Source: Octopus bimaculoides (lineage: Eukaryota). Taken from it: a DNA stretch of 64,000 nt. Positions 26,504-38,786 of this stretch are shown here, one piece after another. Under the pieces are notes generated by a model. That model was not told where the DNA came from. It searched no databases and saw nothing but the letters and a program-made list of their open reading frames with translations. The DNA lies in contig NC_068983.1 in NCBI RefSeq assembly GCF_001194135.2, positions 32,332,920-32,396,919 of the forward strand, in the 5' to 3' direction. Made by a program: the position numbers and the translations under genes. Every line of letters begins with the position of its first letter. Positions within the stretch are counted from its first letter, which is position 1.

Positions 26504-27549
26504 TCTTCTTCTTTTCATGGAACACCACAGTTTAGTGATTTCTTTGGCATTAAGATGAGAGACAGATTTCACTTTGAATTGAATACCAGACTAATTTAGT
26601 TAATTTTTGAAGTGGATGGAATTGAATCCATCCCTTCGAGGTTATGGAATTAAAAGAAAAGATTACAGGATTGATTACAACAAGAAGTGGATTTTAACTT
26701 CTGGTGCCCACTTACAGCTCAGTGAACTGTGTCAATAAGAATTTCATGTTTCTGCATCACACACAATTTTAAAGTTCTGAAGTTTTTCAATTTAGAAGGT
26801 TAAAAATATTGACACAGACAACATGTTTCCTCTCTTTAGTGAGTTGCTTGGACTTAGTCCATGTTCTGTTAAAAATGAAAGTACTCTATGTTGCTAGTAA
26901 TGCAACAGAATTAGATTTAAAAATCTAGTCTTCAGAGATATGACATTGCTAATCACAATAATGATTTCTAACATTGGCTCAAGTCTACAAATTAAGGGCT
27001 AGAGCACATTTAATTAAATCAACCCCAATACTTGTCTGGTGTTTATTTTATTAACAGCAGATGGCTGAAAGGGGGTTAAACCTGGTGGGATTTAAACTTG
27101 GAACTAAATACCACAGGACATTTTGTTTGGCACTCTATTGTACCATTCACTAATAATAGTTTTTATCTTGATCAAAACAATCTTTGCATTTAGTATCAAA
27201 GAAATGATCTAGGAATGTCTTTGTTATATCTATGTATCTATGTTGTGCTGCTTTTGCAAATGTGTCTTCTAGTTTGTACCTTCCTTACATGCTGTTTTCT
27301 GTCACTAAATACTTCCTAAACTGAATAGATACCTGTTTAAATTTTCTTTCTCAGATCAGCTTACCATCAATTGTAAATCCCAACTCATAACTAATTCTGT
27401 AAACAAGTGCCTTGTAAGCTTTTTATGTGAAACTTCTAGATACTATATGTAAAATATTCTACTTAAACTCGCTGTTCAAGCCATGTACTTGAGACCAGTA
27501 GAGACTACCAGCTGAAACCGTGAATTATTGTCATTACCATTTTATGCTT

Positions 27550-28097
27550 GTAGTTGTATGCTGTCAACTTAATGTGACAGTCCCCCGAAGGGAATAATAC
27601 TACTGTTGGTTAGACCCAGGAAGCTGCACTGCTTCCTGTCGGCCTTATTCCCTTCGGGGGACTGTCACATTAAGATGACAGCATGCAACTACTTCATCGT
27701 ATCACTACTGCATAAATCTCTCAGAGATTTAGAAATGTATTATTTCTAAATTTGAAATCAGTGAATGTATTTCACTAGAATTATTATAGGTTTACAAGTG
27801 CTTGACAGGCATCTTTGACTAACAGTTCATGCTACTCCAGACTGATGACGAGCAAAGACTCAGAAACATGTCTCTGGATGCAGGCTTAGCTGGGTGGAGG
27901 TGCTTGTCTCCCCCTTGTAAACATAAGGACACAGGAAATGTGTCAAGGCCGACAGGAAGCGGTGCAGCTTCCTAGGTCTAACCAACAGTAGTATTATTCC
28001 CTTCGGGGGACTGTGACATTAAGTTGACAGCATACAACTACTTCCTTGTATCACTACTGCATAAATCTCTCAGAGATTTAGAAATGTATTATTTCTA
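27550..28097 (+). mobile_element. Hammerhead-bearing retrozyme/Penelope pLTR-like element (349-bp unit, 104-bp terminal direct repeat, 97-bp inverted copy)
   Basis: 27645-27748 approximately equals 27994-28097 (direct). 27550-27646 is approximately the reverse complement of 27945-28041. The hammerhead lies between them. Confidence 0.65.
27836..27878 (+). ncRNA. Minimal type I hammerhead ribozyme motif
   Basis: TCCAGA-CTGATGA-C-GAG-caaaga-CTC-A-GAAA-C-AT-G-T-C-TCTGGA. Stem I is TCCAGA/TCTGGA (6 bp) and both core boxes are intact. Stem III is the short palindrome ACATGT, with GUC cleavage triplet ending at 27872. There is a C-A mismatch at the base of stem II. Confidence 0.75.
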
Positions 28098-30080
28098 TAC
28101 TTTATGCTTGCTTTCCATGCTGAATGGTTTGGATGAATTATGGTTGGAGTCAGGGTGTATTTGGGGGTACTACTTACTTGGATCAGTTGGAAGAACCACA
28201 TTTTACTTGTATTTCATTTTTGGTTTGGTTTCTGTGGCTGGATACCCTTCCTAAAACGTTTTATGTTATTTAGTTACAACACTGTACATTCTGAGTTCAC
28301 ATTCTGAGTTTGCATTTCATCCTCTCTGGGTTGATAAAATATATACCAGTCAAATACTGAAGATGATTTTATTAACTATTCTCTATCTCAAAATGTCCTA
28401 TCTTCTGCCAGTTAGAAGTCAATATTATTTTGTTGAAAGGGATAACTAATGATGTTGAAACTGTAATTTGTATGTTGTTAAGCTAAATATTATTTCATTT
28501 CTTTATGACTTGGGGAGAGTAAATATGTTTGAGTAACTTAACTAATTAAAACAATGTCTTTGCATCATCCAAGGAAGATTTATATCTCATCCACCTAACA
28601 CTCTTAAAATTACCCTCTCCTTAAGGCTTTAGGATGCATTTTATTTTAACATAGTTGTAGTCTAGTTGGATAGTCCAGATAATAACTGTGAAGCTTGTAC
28701 TTTAATTGGCATTTTTGTTGTAAGCTTAGACACCTTAAGTTGAACATGGAAGTTGGACAATGACCAATGATCACCCACTGTTGTTTATCCCTCACTACAT
28801 AATCTAAAGTCAGTCTACATTGTTTTGGTTAAGAGTCTGGCAATCTTTTCACAATCGACCTATTACTCTGCAGACATGTCATCACTTGCTCATTACAACA
28901 TGACTTGAGTTTCAGACAAAGTTTATAACAGCGTAGATAAGAGCTTGGCAGTCCTCAGCATGCATCAACAAGCAATACAGCTAAGACAATTGACTACACA
29001 ATCAATAAAGCAAAATTGAATCTGTAACTGGTAATATATAGGTGAAATTGTTGGAATGTATTTCAGATGCTTGAGACTTTGATTATTAAAAGTGTGAAAT
29101 AAGTCTAAGGATTTTGAGTTGTTAACACCATCTTGTATATACAGTCAAAGCATAGATATAAGATAATATTCTAGCCTTTCACTAAATGGGGTGGGGGGAA
29201 ACCAACAACAACAAAATCAAACTTTGTTCATGCTTATTTCATTCTCTTTTTTTACTCTCTTTTACTTGTTTCAGTCATTTGACTGTGGCCATGCTGGAGC
29301 ACCGCCTTTAGTCAAGCAATTCGACCCCGGGACTTATTCTTTGTAAGCCTAGTGCTTATGCTATCGGTCTCTTTTGTCGAACTGCTAAGTTACGGGGACG
29401 TAAACAAACACACACGACGAGCTTCTTTCAGTTTCCATCTACCAAATCCACTCACAAAGCTTTGGTCAGCCCAAAGCTATAGTAGAAGACACTTGCCCAA
29501 GGTGTCACACTGCTAGCATGGGTTGGACGATTTGACTGAGGACTAGTGAACCAGATGGCTACACCAGGCTCCAATCTGATTTGTCAGAGTTTCTACAGCT
29601 GGATGCCCTTCCTAACGCCAACCACTCCGAGAGTGTAGTGGGTGCTTTTACGTGCCATCAGCACGAAGGCCGGTCAGGAGGTACTGGCAACGGCCACGCT
29701 TGAAATGGTGTTTTTACGTGCCACCTGCACAGAAGCCAGTCCAGCAGTACTGGCAACAAACTCGCTCGAATGTCTTTTCATGTGCCACTGGCACAAGTGC
29801 CAGGAAGGCGACATTAAAACAAAATAGAGACAAAAGGAAAGGAATTTGAGGATTTCATCCTCAAAACTCCCAAGGACAGACTATTAATTAAAATATTGTT
29901 GAATGTTTATAAAACTATAATAGAAAAATTCCCAGTTAGCATGGGGATTTAAAAAAAAAATCTGTTACTAAAAGGCTGTTGGAAGGACTTTTTGAAAACT
30001 TTTTGCCAGTAGAGAGGCCTGGAACTTACAGGCTTCTCAAAAATCAAGATAAGTAACCTCATTTTCTTTGTCCAACTAGC

Positions 30081-30440
30081 ATGGTTGTGCTGAGAATGGG
30101 GTATGTAAATGTGTGTTGCCTGGGATCAGCTTTGAAGCAAGGTCACTTGCTCAACGATCTCAGGTCTCTTGATTTGGATGTGGCTGTACTTAGTGAAACA
30201 AGGATCTCCGGAAAACCTGCTCTAACATCCATTTTCAAGGACTACGAGGTATTCTTATCTTGTGGTCTATTGGGAGCAAGTGGCAGTGTAGCAGTGCTAC
30301 TCCGGAAATCTTTAGATCTCCAAGTATGGGTTACCTTCCTGGACCTGGATGTTAGGGTGGTGGTCCTGGATGTGAATGGCAGTGAAGGTGGTGCCTTTAG
30401 ACTGGTGGCGGTTTATGCCCCAACAGGGGCTGGAAGGTGA
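30081..30440 (+). mobile_element. L1/Tx1-type apurinic endonuclease (ORF2 N-terminus) fragment
   Basis: GYVNV..L......L......DVAVLSETR....G.VAVLLRK......R.VVLDV.....FRLVAVYAP. The ORF ends shortly before a SINE. Confidence 0.75.
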
Positions 30441-30699
30441 AAGGCATGTTTGTGAGACGTGCCTTTCCGCAGTTTATCTCCAAGTAAGTACCAGTTGAGC
30501 ACTGGGGTTGATGTAACCAACTTAGCCCCTCCACTTGTATTGCTGGTCTTGTGCCAAAATTTGAAATCATCATCATTATTATTAATAATGATAAATATTC
30601 CACATTAACATAAAACTGTCCTTGGATTTGCTTGTACCAATTTCTGGCAATGAATTCTATTAATACCTTCCAGTACTGGTTTTAACTGCTATTTGTCCT

Positions 30700-32720
30700 C
30701 AGGAATTGTGTATAGAATATTATTTTTTCTCTTTTTCAAAATATGAAGACATTACTTGCAAGTGAAAGATGTTCCTTGTTTCAACCAATCACTTAAGGAA
30801 TTATGTTTGAAGAAAGTTTTACTTCTGTCCCATTCTATTAGAATGTTTTTTTTTTAACATTTGGTCATTTCTGAAAGCTTCCAGGTCAGACTGACATCAT
30901 ACATGTGTAACCACTTACTAATAAATTAACACTAAAAATGGCACTTTTAGCCAGAAACAACCTTCACAGTAACCTAAGATGCATACTGACGTCATTTCAG
31001 ATTTGATCAATCTAAAATATTGGATTATCATTTCTATAATTTCAAGATGAGTTATTGTTAGCTTAGTATGACTTTTTCCTGCTACTCACTTCATCTTTTG
31101 TAGTTCTATATTTTATACTATATTTCAATCAGTATATTTCATATTGTCTTCAGAAGTTCTATTTTAATGTATGCCTACATATTCCCTACTTTGGTTTGAA
31201 CACAGAAACTTCATTTATCATAAAAGGCTCTGTATTTCATTTTCAAGTTCATATATGTAAAAAGTTCTCTTTTCACAAGAATAGATTGTTTCAAAAGGCA
31301 GCTGTATATTTTTCATTTCCTTAAGTGCAGTTTTGAAAGCTTTGCTGCTTTTGATATCCAAAAAGACGAGAGACTTGTCTTGTTCTGAAATGGAGTGTTA
31401 CTGTTGAAATGAAATTCATGTAGTACCTCTGTCAATTCTTCAAGCTTTTCAGGTACATCTAAAATTTTACAGTTGAAGAAGTTCACACCCCAGCTGAGTT
31501 TACATGGATAAAACTCTGGAAAGTGATTAGAGAACTTTTGCTTGAGTTTGATAAAATGTCTTGTAACAAACTCCTTGATGTCACTAAGACTGATATCTTC
31601 ACAGGCTTCTAAAAACTGCTAGTTTTGGAATGGCAGCTAATTTATTTTGATCCACTTTTTGTCCCAAGAAAATATCCAAATGCTGAAATATTTTCTTTTG
31701 CTAAAATGGCATTAATGTTCTTAAACTGCAGTTTCTTGTTTCAATGCAATGACATACTCAAAGTTATCACCTAAATATAAGATAAATGCAGAGAAGTTAG
31801 TCAACTTATGTGCAAGGGAGAGCTTTTTGCCCTACCAGAAAGGTTTTAAGTTCAGTTGTATGCTATCCAAACTATATTGAGAATGTCTCCATATGAAAAC
31901 CATCTCATTTCCCTGTGCAAAAGAAGGCTGGAATATTCAACTGTCCTGTCTTCACATAAATCTTGAGGCATCCACATGTTTAGTGCATGCTGTTTTGACA
32001 GCATTCTCCAACTTGATCATATGTCTTCACTTGAAGTTCCAGCTGTTTCACAACCAGTAGTCTTAGAATGAGTAACCTCAATTTTAGGGTTCTGCTTTTT
32101 TGCTAAAGCCACAAAAGTATGATATGACCTAACATGTCCATCAATAGACTAATACTTCAAGTCAATACTCAGAGTTTTGAAATGTATATCAACCATGTTG
32201 AAGATATTGATTGTGTAGCAAAATCTTTGTACTCTTTGAGTGGAGAAATCGTTTGTCCTCTCACATTTTTCAGCTGAGATGGAAATTTATTCCTTCACAT
32301 ATCTGGAACTTGTTCTTTCACAATTTTGTGACACTGAATCCTGTTATTTGGCTTCTTTCTGGCCAAATGTTGTTTCTATCAGTTTCACATCTTTAGTTTT
32401 GACTAGTTTTTCTTGGATGGTATATAACTTTTTGGCAGGTGGGGGTGGCAATGAACTTAGCTAGTCTTTGATGGTGAATGTTGATCAAATGTACCTTACT
32501 TGTTTCTTTCTAATCTTTGCCTTTTGAAAATTATTTCTAAATTCTGAAAATATTCAGAAGTGAGACAAAAAGTTTCTTTTGCTAATTCCATTGAAGTCAG
32601 AGTTTTCAAATAGATGACACATTTTGGCTCCATTTGTCCTTTCCCTCCTATTTCTGTGAAACTGTAATTGAGGAACTCTACCTGTTATTTCTGTTTACTG
32701 GTTGATGAATCCACTTTTCA
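30700..32720 (-). mobile_element. Decayed Charlie/ZBED5-type hAT transposase
   Basis: Minus-strand pieces EFLNYSFTEIGG...PKCVIYLKTL (BED finger), EYFQNL...KRQRL, AKKLYTIQEKLV...FGQKEAK and DGH...FVALAKKQNPKIEVTH occur in the expected order, with many stops and frameshifts. Confidence 0.7.
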
Positions 32721-32799
32721 AAGCTGAGAGTCACTTGATAAAATTTGAAAATATTAATAAATAAAATTTTTATTTGAAATCTTTAGTTACATGTATGTC

Positions 32800-33242
32800 A
32801 TCATTGTCATTGTTTAACGTCCACTTTCCATGCTGGCATGGGTTGGACGGTTTGACTGAGGGCTAGGAATGTTTCTATAGTTGGATACCTTTCCTAATGC
32901 CAACCATTCTGAGAGTGTAGTGGGTGCTTTTTACGTGCCACCGACATGAGGGCCAGTCAGGTGGTACTGGCATTGGCCATGCTTGACTGGTGCTTTTTAT
33001 GTACCACTGCATGGGAGCCAATCTGGCGGCACCGGAATGACCATGCCCGAATCATGCTTTTTACGTACCACCGGCATGGGAGCCAGTCAAGCAGCACTGG
33101 CAACAATCACACTTGAATGGTGCTTTTTATGTGCCACCAGCATGGGACCAGTCAGGCAGCACTGGCATCGACCATGATCGAATGGTGCTTTTTACGAGCC
33201 ACCAGCATGGGTGCCAATCATGCGGTACTGTCATCGGCCACA
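32800..33242 (-). mobile_element. Solo RTE 3' UTR. Other copies: - 6130-6310, 17140-17505, 29511-29815; + 37432-37808
   Basis: Reverse complement of 47560-47950. It begins catc/gtttaacgtcc.ctttccatgct.gcatgggttggacg and contains ~65-bp internal tandem units. Confidence 0.85.
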
Positions 33243-35215
33243 GAAAAATTTATTATCTAATTTAGTTATAATTCACATAAATATGAATTAGGTGTTACTT
33301 ATTTTACAATTTAATGTCTGTGTAGGTGACACTTGACAACCCTGTTGGTTTGCTTTGTCCCTGTGACTTAACAGTCTAGCAAAAGAGACCAATAGCATAT
33401 GAATCAGACTTGAAAAAATAAGTTCTGGGGACAATTTAATCAACTAAAGACCTCTCAAAGCAGTGCTCTGGCATAGTCACAGTTGAAACAGGTAAAAAAG
33501 ACAAAGAAGAATAAAGAAAGTTGTACAGTAAATTAGTGCATTGAAATAAGTAAGCAAGTGATGAGAATATTTTTCAAGATTTTTAGTTTTGTGATTTTAC
33601 TTAGAAAGAACTGAGATATAATTGCCAGCATTATTACTCACTCTTGTGGATTACTTTACATAACCATGTCAATTTTTCAGGTGTGATGTACACCTTACTT
33701 TAGAAAATTCTAACATTTTTTCGCAACAAAGTAATAGAAAATATGTGCTCTAAATTTTCCAGATACGGTTGATAATGAATGATTGGAAATAAAATAGACA
33801 AACAGCTGTTCTTATATTCTGAATATACTTGTACTATATTATTTATAGTTTTATAAATAATTTATAAATGACTCAGTTTTCAATAGTAAATGTTCACACC
33901 TCATTTGACATAAAAAACATATATAATGTGTCAGTAGACTTAATGTAAATATCAAGAAAAAAAAAAAACTGTGCTTTCAAGCAAAAAGACATAAACTGGT
34001 AATATTCTAAAAATTTAGAATAACAACACATTTATGTTACAAGCACTCCATGTCAAACAATGAGAAACCTTTTTGGTAATCAATTAACCCTTTTGACATT
34101 AATCTGCCTGAGCCTGCCCGTCATTCTATGATACAAACTTTCTGTATTAAAGTAATCTTAGATTAATAACTTTGAGCAAAATTTCATTTTAAGTTATGTT
34201 CCAAACACCTGCTTAATAAGAATATAGTTATTTTCTTAAATTCTTCATTATTTTCAAAATTAATTGAAACAAAGGCAGTGTATTTCAACAGAAATATAGA
34301 CATACAGGTTAAATAGACATGACTGAAGCTCTGAAGAAAGTACCTACTGCTTCATGCATTAATTACACTCAGAATTTTTAATTTTTAACCATTTTAAGGT
34401 AATTCATCTCTGTTCCTTGATCCCTGAATTAAGGCTTACCTTTATAAGTAGTGCAGGTTTCTGAGCCATTGCAGTGGTGTTTAATTGAATACACTTAAAC
34501 AAACATGAACAGATGTCTTTATATTTTTCTGTGGATGGAAAAAAATGAAATTGGCTGGACCCAGTCAGCTGGATGTGAGGTATCTAAAGAAGTTCCTATG
34601 TCTATTTACAAAGAGGGATATAACTTAAACCTATTTATAACTGGCACTCTGTTGGTTATAATGACAAGAGTTCCAGTTGATCTGATCACTGGAACAGTCA
34701 GCTCATGAAATTAATGTCCAAGTGGCTGAGTACTCCACAGACATGCGTACCCTTAATGTAGAGAGATTCAGCGTGATACAGAATGTGATAAGGCTGGCCC
34801 TCTGAAATACAGGCACTACTTATTTTTGTCAGCTGAGTGGGCTGAAGCAACGTGAAATAAAGTGTCTTGATCAAGGACACAACATGCTGCCAGGAATTGA
34901 ACTCATGACCATACAGTAAAGAACCTGTTCTGCTCAGGCCCGTTTCACTCATACTTTACCCCTCTTTACTCTTCATCTCCTAACAAAAGGTTGCCCTTTC
35001 AGAGTTCTAGTTCTGATGGCATAAAAAAATGTATTCAGTACATGCTGTAAAGTGGTTGGCATTAGGAAACAAACCATGGATACCATGCCAGAGTAGATAC
35101 TGGAGCATGGTACTGTCCATGGGCTCATTGGATCATGTCAAACCATCCAATCCATGGCATCATTGAATATGGATATAAAATTAATGAGGATGATATGTGT
35201 GTATGTATGTGTGTG

Positions 35216-35257
<42 letters not shown>

Positions 35258-35469
35258 NNNNNNNNNNTATTTTGTATCAGCACTTTCACTATTTTCAGTT
35301 TTTCAAACACATGTTATGAAGTACTCCATATAGAGGAAGTTATGATTATTTCCAATTTAGTTTTGGATTTGGAATTCTTATAAAGTATTTTTCTTTTGCC
35401 TTTTGTGGTTAATCATTTTCTTCCTTTATTTTGAAAGAAAAAAAAAAAAAAACAAGAACAAAAGAAATA

Positions 35470-36070
35470 TTTTGAATTTTCCGTTTGCTCAAATATCTAG
35501 ATGTTCATTATATGGAACATTTGCAAGAGACTAATTCTTGATTTGTTATTTATGTACTCCAGTCTGATGTATCAATTTTGATCCCATTTGGCCAATATAA
35601 TTCTCATTGCACTATGGACATATGATGTAGTAAATTAGATGTTTTTTAGTTTTGCAATTCATATTTGCATTAATCTTCAATTCCCTCCTGTTCTTGAATT
35701 TTATGGTTGTTTCCTCCTCAATTATTTCAAATGTCCCACAATGTAGGATTCCCTAGTTCATTACCTGCATTATTTCTTCTTTGATATGAATTTCATCTTT
35801 GTTAAGAGTCTTCTAAAAAAAAAAATTGGTGGCTGTCTTTGGCTGTTGATAAGTTCAGATTCTTTAGTAGTTTGTTATTAATTAGTTTTAGTGTTGAATT
35901 GGAAGGTATCATTTGGTTGAATGTAAGATGTTATGGTTTCTAGGACTATGGGTGAATAGGATATTTTTGTTTTTGTCATCTTTATTGTGAGGGTTTCTCC
36001 ATAAGAAAGAGATTAGAATCTCTTTGGCCTTGATATGATTTACTAAACAGTTGTTTCTTTCTTCTTTTTT
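35470..36070 (-). mobile_element. Third Penelope-like element fragment (linker plus GIY-YIG, Neptune-like motif spacing), decayed
   Basis: Minus-strand translation ...KAKEIL...NILFTHSPRNHNI...IKFKNRRELKINANMNCKTKKHLIYYIICP*CNENYIGQMG..L......HK*QI....VPYNEHLDI*ANGKFKIF. LIY / CxxC / YIGQ motifs with several stops. Confidence 0.7.
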
Positions 36071-36177
36071 TTTNNNNNNNNNNNNNNNNNNNNNNNNNNN
36101 NNNNNNNNNNNNNNNNNNNNNNNNNNNNNNNNNNNNNNNNNNNNNNNNNNNNNNNNNNNNNNNNNNNNNNNNNTAAT

Positions 36178-36213
36178 CAGTCACACCCGGACAACGTCGG
36201 GTTATACTGCTAG
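36178..36213 (+). mobile_element. Helitron 3' terminus
   Basis: Hairpin ACCCGGAC-AAC-GTCGGGT, then 7 nt, then CTAG followed by T. It lies immediately after an N gap. Confidence 0.75.
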
Positions 36214-38301
36214 TATATATATATAAACATCATGATTATACACACACACATATGCATGTGTATACAAATACCTTTAGATGTAGATATTTTCTCCCTCCAT
36301 TTCTCTATTCTTTCTCCATTCTCCTCCTCTCTATATAGAAACAAAATATTACCAACTTTAGAAATAAATGCTTTTAGTTGTCCTGTCCTTTACAAATGTT
36401 CTAAAACCTCTGGTACACTCTCCTATGTTAGCCCTCTGTTCCCCCTTCCATTATCTAACAATTAGGTTATACGGTTGGTATGTGCATTCCATTAGGTTCT
36501 AATGTTACCAGCTGTCCTTGGCATCTGACATTTATTGGGACTTTATTTCTTTATTTTAAAAAGAAATAGGTCAGAAATCTCATATGTACACCCGCCCAGA
36601 ATGTGTGTGTATACAGTCTTTTCTAGAGTACATGCTCTAGGAAAGATTGTATCCTCTGCTCAAATTACTTTTTGTGAGAAACTCTTTAAATTGATTTATT
36701 TATCTAGATTTGAAATGTTATTTTCATTTGATAATGTATTGATTAATAATTTTTACACTTTTAATTAAATAAGTTACAAAACTGAAACAAATGTAAATAC
36801 AGTGAGCTAATATTTGATTGAATAAAATTTGTACCCGAGTTAAACATTTTTTTGGAGTCTAATATTTTCACCTTCACAGGTGGTGGATGGCAGGATCAGT
36901 TGAGTAACAAATTGTGTAACATGCCGTTTTACATTCTGAGTTAAAATCTACACATACTTGTAACCCATTCTGTCCCATCAGGCATTCCCCACATTTCATT
37001 CACTGGCATCCAACCCTCCATCACTCCTCTATCTATGGTTACTACATGGTAGCTGTAATCACTTGGAAGTAGTATTGGCACATATTAAATCCTCTTGTCT
37101 CCTTTCTTTGCAATCTTCCTTGTTGGAGCCACTTCTGTCCCTTTTTCTCATTATCCTCCTTTCCCCATCAACACTGTTTTCATCAGTTACCTCCTTCCTC
37201 TGTCTTCAGTTATCTCTTTCCTCTACCCTACTTTATTTAACACTTCACACATCTCAGTACCTTCTCGTATCTTCCACCATATCCCACTCTCTATAACTAC
37301 CCTTGTGTGCCACTACATCTCCCTCCTCACCACTCCTACACCTTGCACATTATACACCTACTTTTTGATCTATTCTACCTGAGCCACTTCGGTCTCTTAC
37401 CCTATCCACTCTCCATACTAATATTTCTTGGCAAGCGAAAGCGAAATTGTGATGGCACCTGTGCCCAGCGTCGCCTTTCTGGCACTTGTGCCCGCGGCAT
37501 GTGTAAGGACTTTCGAGCGAGATTGTTGCCAGTGCCCCTGGACTGGCTATTGTGCGGGTGGCACATAAAATACACCATTTTGAGCGTGGCTGTTGCCAGT
37601 ACCGCCTAACTGGCCTTCGTGCCGGTGGCATGTAAAAAGCACCCACTACACTCTCTGAGTGGTTAGCATTAGGAAGGGCATCCAGCTGTAGAAACTCTGC
37701 CAAATCAGATTGGAGCCTGGTGTAGCCATCTGGTTTCACCAGTCCTCAGTCAAATCATTCAACCCATGCTAGCATGGAAAGCGGACGTTAAATGACGACG
37801 ATGATGATGTATCTTCACTCTTGTTCACCTCTGCCCCATCTCTGACTATCTGTTACTCTCTCTTTACCTCCTTCTGTACCCTCTCTTATGCTCACCTTGT
37901 ACATTGAAAGTTTGCTATGGTACTCCGTCACGACCATCTTTATCTTCTTCCCAACTGTTTCCACCCACCCTTATATAATGTAGAGTAGCCATGTATCTCT
38001 TTTATAGTAATACACCTCTGTCTATCCTTCTGTCACGCCTTTCAATAGCCTTTCAATACTAGGCATAAAGCCACCTCCTTCTCTCAAATACTCTCTGTCC
38101 CGCTTAATAGCAGGAGCTGTTTCCTTTTCCTATTTCCATATTCTTTTTCTGTCTTGCAAGTGGTTAGTGTTTATGAAAGCATCCAACCATAGAAATCATG
38201 CCAAAGCAGACAATAGAGTTTGGTGCAGCCCTGTGTCTCACTGCATCCTGGCAAACCATCCAACACATGCCAGGATGGAAAACAAATGTTAAATGATGAT
38301 A

Positions 38302-38341
<40 letters not shown>

Positions 38342-38660
38342 GTGTATGATGGACTTCAGTTCAGTTTCCATTAATGAAATCCATTTGCCAGGCTTCAGTC
38401 AGCCCAGAGCTACAGTAAAAGATATTTTCTCAAGATGCCATGCACTGGGACTGAACCTGGAACCAAGTGGTTGGGAAACAAGCTTCTTAACTAAGTAGGC
38501 ATATTGTGAAACATGCTGTATATTATTTAGTTTCTCCTTCTTAAATCACCAGTAATATATTCAGGTTAACTCATTCTTTTACAAATGTTGGTCTTGTGCT
38601 TCTAATTAGTGTTTTGGCAATGTTACCATTATCTAATTGAAATGTTTATTTTTCTTTCAG

Positions 38661-38786
38661 ATTGACTTGAATTATTCTCTTGAAGATCAGGAACCATTTG
38701 ATATTATAATACACAAAATTACAGATGTGTTGAGTCGAGCAGATGAGGGAAGTGAAAAGGACCAGTTGTATGCAAATAATTTCAAG
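38661..38786 (+). CDS. ITPK1: ITPK1 coding exon IDLNYSLEDQEPFDIIIHKITDVLSRADEGSEKDQLYANNFK
   Basis: tttatttttctttcAG...AAG/GTAAGA, 126 nt, open frame. It matches the ITPK1 motif LNLSRPIEEQGPLDVIIHKLTD, including the IIHK inositol-phosphate-binding motif. Confidence 0.95.

Noticed and set aside
32924-33242. Repeat-spacer-like array resembling CRISPR
   Set aside because: The 'spacers' are homologous to each other, the array lies in an RTE 3' UTR, there are no cas genes, and the context is eukaryotic.
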